IMG/VR virus record: IMGVR_UViG_2695420600_000008
From: a virus
Taxonomy: Duplodnaviria > Heunggongvirae > Uroviricota > Caudoviricetes
Strand: one strand, 5' to 3'
DNA: 38,211 bases
Below the pieces are notes generated by a model. That model ran no database searches and was not told the DNA's origin. It saw only the letters and a program-made list of their open reading frames with translations. A program made the position numbers and the translations under genes. Positions 36,889 to 38,211 of the stretch are shown here, piece by piece. The first letter of the stretch is position 1; every line of letters starts with the position of its first letter.

Positions 36889-37637
36889 TGTCTATTGTGA
36901 TGCAGTTACAGGATGTTGCGGAATCTACCCGCCTGGGGCCACTTTCTGGCGAGGTTCGGGCTGGGGAGATCCTGCACCTGGTGGGGCCGAATGGCGCGGG
37001 TAAGAGTACCTTACTGGCACGAATGGCCGGAATGACCAGCGGTAAGGGAAGTATTCAGTTCGCGGGGCAACCACTGGAAGCATGGTCCGCAACAAAACTC
37101 GCGCTGCATCGCGCCTATCTTTCACAACAGCAGACGCCGCCGTTTGCAATGCCGGTCTGGCACTATCTGACACTGCATCAGCACGATAAAACGCGTACCG
37201 AACTACTGAATGATGTCGCAGGGGCGCTGGCTCTTGATGACAAACTCGGACGTAGCACCAATCAACTTTCCGGCGGTGAATGGCAACGCGTACGTCTTGC
37301 TGCGGTGGTGCTGCAAATCACACCACAAGCCAATCCCGCAGGCCAATTGCTGCTTCTTGATGAGCCGATGAACAGTCTTGATGTTGCGCAACAAAGTGCG
37401 TTAGACAAAATTCTGAGCGCTCTGTGTCAGCAAGGACTGGCGATTGTGATGAGCAGTCACGATCTCAACCACACATTGCGTCATGCGCATCGGGCGTGGT
37501 TGCTAAAAGGTGGAAAAATGCTGGCCAGTGGACGCAGAGAAGAGGTGCTCACGCCGCCAAATCTGGCGCAGGCCTATGGGATGAATTTTCGCCGTCTGGA
37601 TATCGAAGGTCACAGAATGCTGATTTCGACCATCTGA
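36888..37637 (+). CDS. btuD: vitamin B12 ABC transporter ATP-binding protein BtuD
   Basis: 249 aa; Walker [10 protein letters not shown], signature LSGGEWQR, Walker B LLLLDEP. Confidence 0.95.
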
Positions 37638-37714
37638 TTTCATTAGTATCTTGAAAATCGGGTAATTACGACGCTAAATTAATGCAAGAATAAAAAACAG
37701 AGGAACCGTACGGA

Positions 37715-38179
37715 ATGCGTTTCTGCCTTATTTTGATCACAGCACTGTTTCTGGCCGGGTGTAGCCACCATAAAGCACCGCCGCCAAATGCCAGACTTTC
37801 TGATTCGATTACCGTTATTGCCGGTTTGAACGACCAGCTACAAAGCTGGCATGGCACGCCGTATCGTTATGGTGGCATGACGCGGCGCGGTGTGGACTGT
37901 TCGGGATTTGTGGTTGTAACGATGCGCGATCGTTTCGATTTGCAGCTGCCCCGAGAAACCAAAGAACAAGCCTCTATCGGCACGCAAATTGATAAAGACG
38001 AGTTGCTGCCTGGTGACCTGGTCTTTTTCAAAACGGGTTCCGGACAAAATGGTTTGCATGTAGGTATTTACGATACCAACAACCAATTTATCCACGCCTC
38101 TACCAGCAAGGGAGTGATGCGTTCCTCACTTGATAATGTCTATTGGCAGAAAAATTTCTGGCAGGCGAGACGAATCTAA
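37715..38179 (+). CDS. nlpC: NlpC/P60-family lipoprotein NlpC
   Basis: 154 aa; lipoprotein signal LFLAGCS; catalytic Cys in DCSGFV; follows btuD as in E. coli. Confidence 0.9.
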   Translation: MRFCLILITALFLAGCSHHKAPPPNARLSDSITVIAGLNDQLQSWHGTPYRYGGMTRRGVDCSGFVVVTMRDRFDLQLPRETKEQASIGTQIDKDELLPGDLVFFKTGSGQNGLHVGIYDTNNQFIHASTSKGVMRSSLDNVYWQKNFWQARRI

Positions 38180-38211
38180 ATAGCTGCGCGGAATAGTAGA
38201 TCACTTTGAGG
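38179..38211 (+). mobile_element. terminus of a second IS630 copy (truncated by the window edge), inverted relative to the copy at 10842..11994
   Basis: 38176..38211 is the exact reverse complement of 11962..11997, i.e. 33 bp of IS630 end plus the C-TA target junction; insertion begins immediately after the nlpC stop codon. Confidence 0.8.

Noticed and set aside
1-38211. CRISPR arrays, tRNA or rRNA genes
   Set aside because: No spacer-repeat periodicity and no cloverleaf-like or rRNA-like sequence noticed anywhere in the window.

Overview
This window is almost entirely a P2-family (P2/186-like) myovirus prophage in an Escherichia/Shigella-type chromosome, inserted immediately upstream of host btuC-btuE-btuD-nlpC (35294..38179). 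All calls are from reading the sequence and ORF translations by eye; no database search was run. From the left: tail gene D (-), an inverted block of sheath FI / tube FII / E+E' / tape measure T / U (+), then a Gin/Cin/Pin-type serine invertase with a tail-fibre inversion cassette that carries three gix-like crossover sites, two complete alternative fibre C-terminal cassettes each with its own tail-fibre assembly gene, and a third truncated cassette interrupted by a complete 1153-bp IS630 copy. In the present orientation the constant part of fibre gene H reads into the IS630-disrupted stub. Continuing right: I, J, W, V, S, R, overlapped spanins, endolysin, holin, X, L, M, N, O (all -), divergent terminase P and portal Q (+), a repeat-rich cos region, then the leftward early operon. 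That operon ends in a cos-proximal cargo island: three unknown small genes plus a plasmid-type parMR actin-like partition module with hairpin repeats upstream of parM, followed by replication initiator A, several small early ORFs and a Cox-position gene. C repressor and a P2-type integrase follow (+), then an AT-rich two-gene moron (zinc-ribbon protein plus an 11-residue-repeat, tail-anchored coiled-coil protein) at the prophage/host junction. A second IS630 end starts exactly at the nlpC stop codon and runs off the window. The best candidates for an undescribed system are the cos-proximal three-gene island (25092..26052), the int-proximal moron (34063..35101), and the three-site fibre switch.
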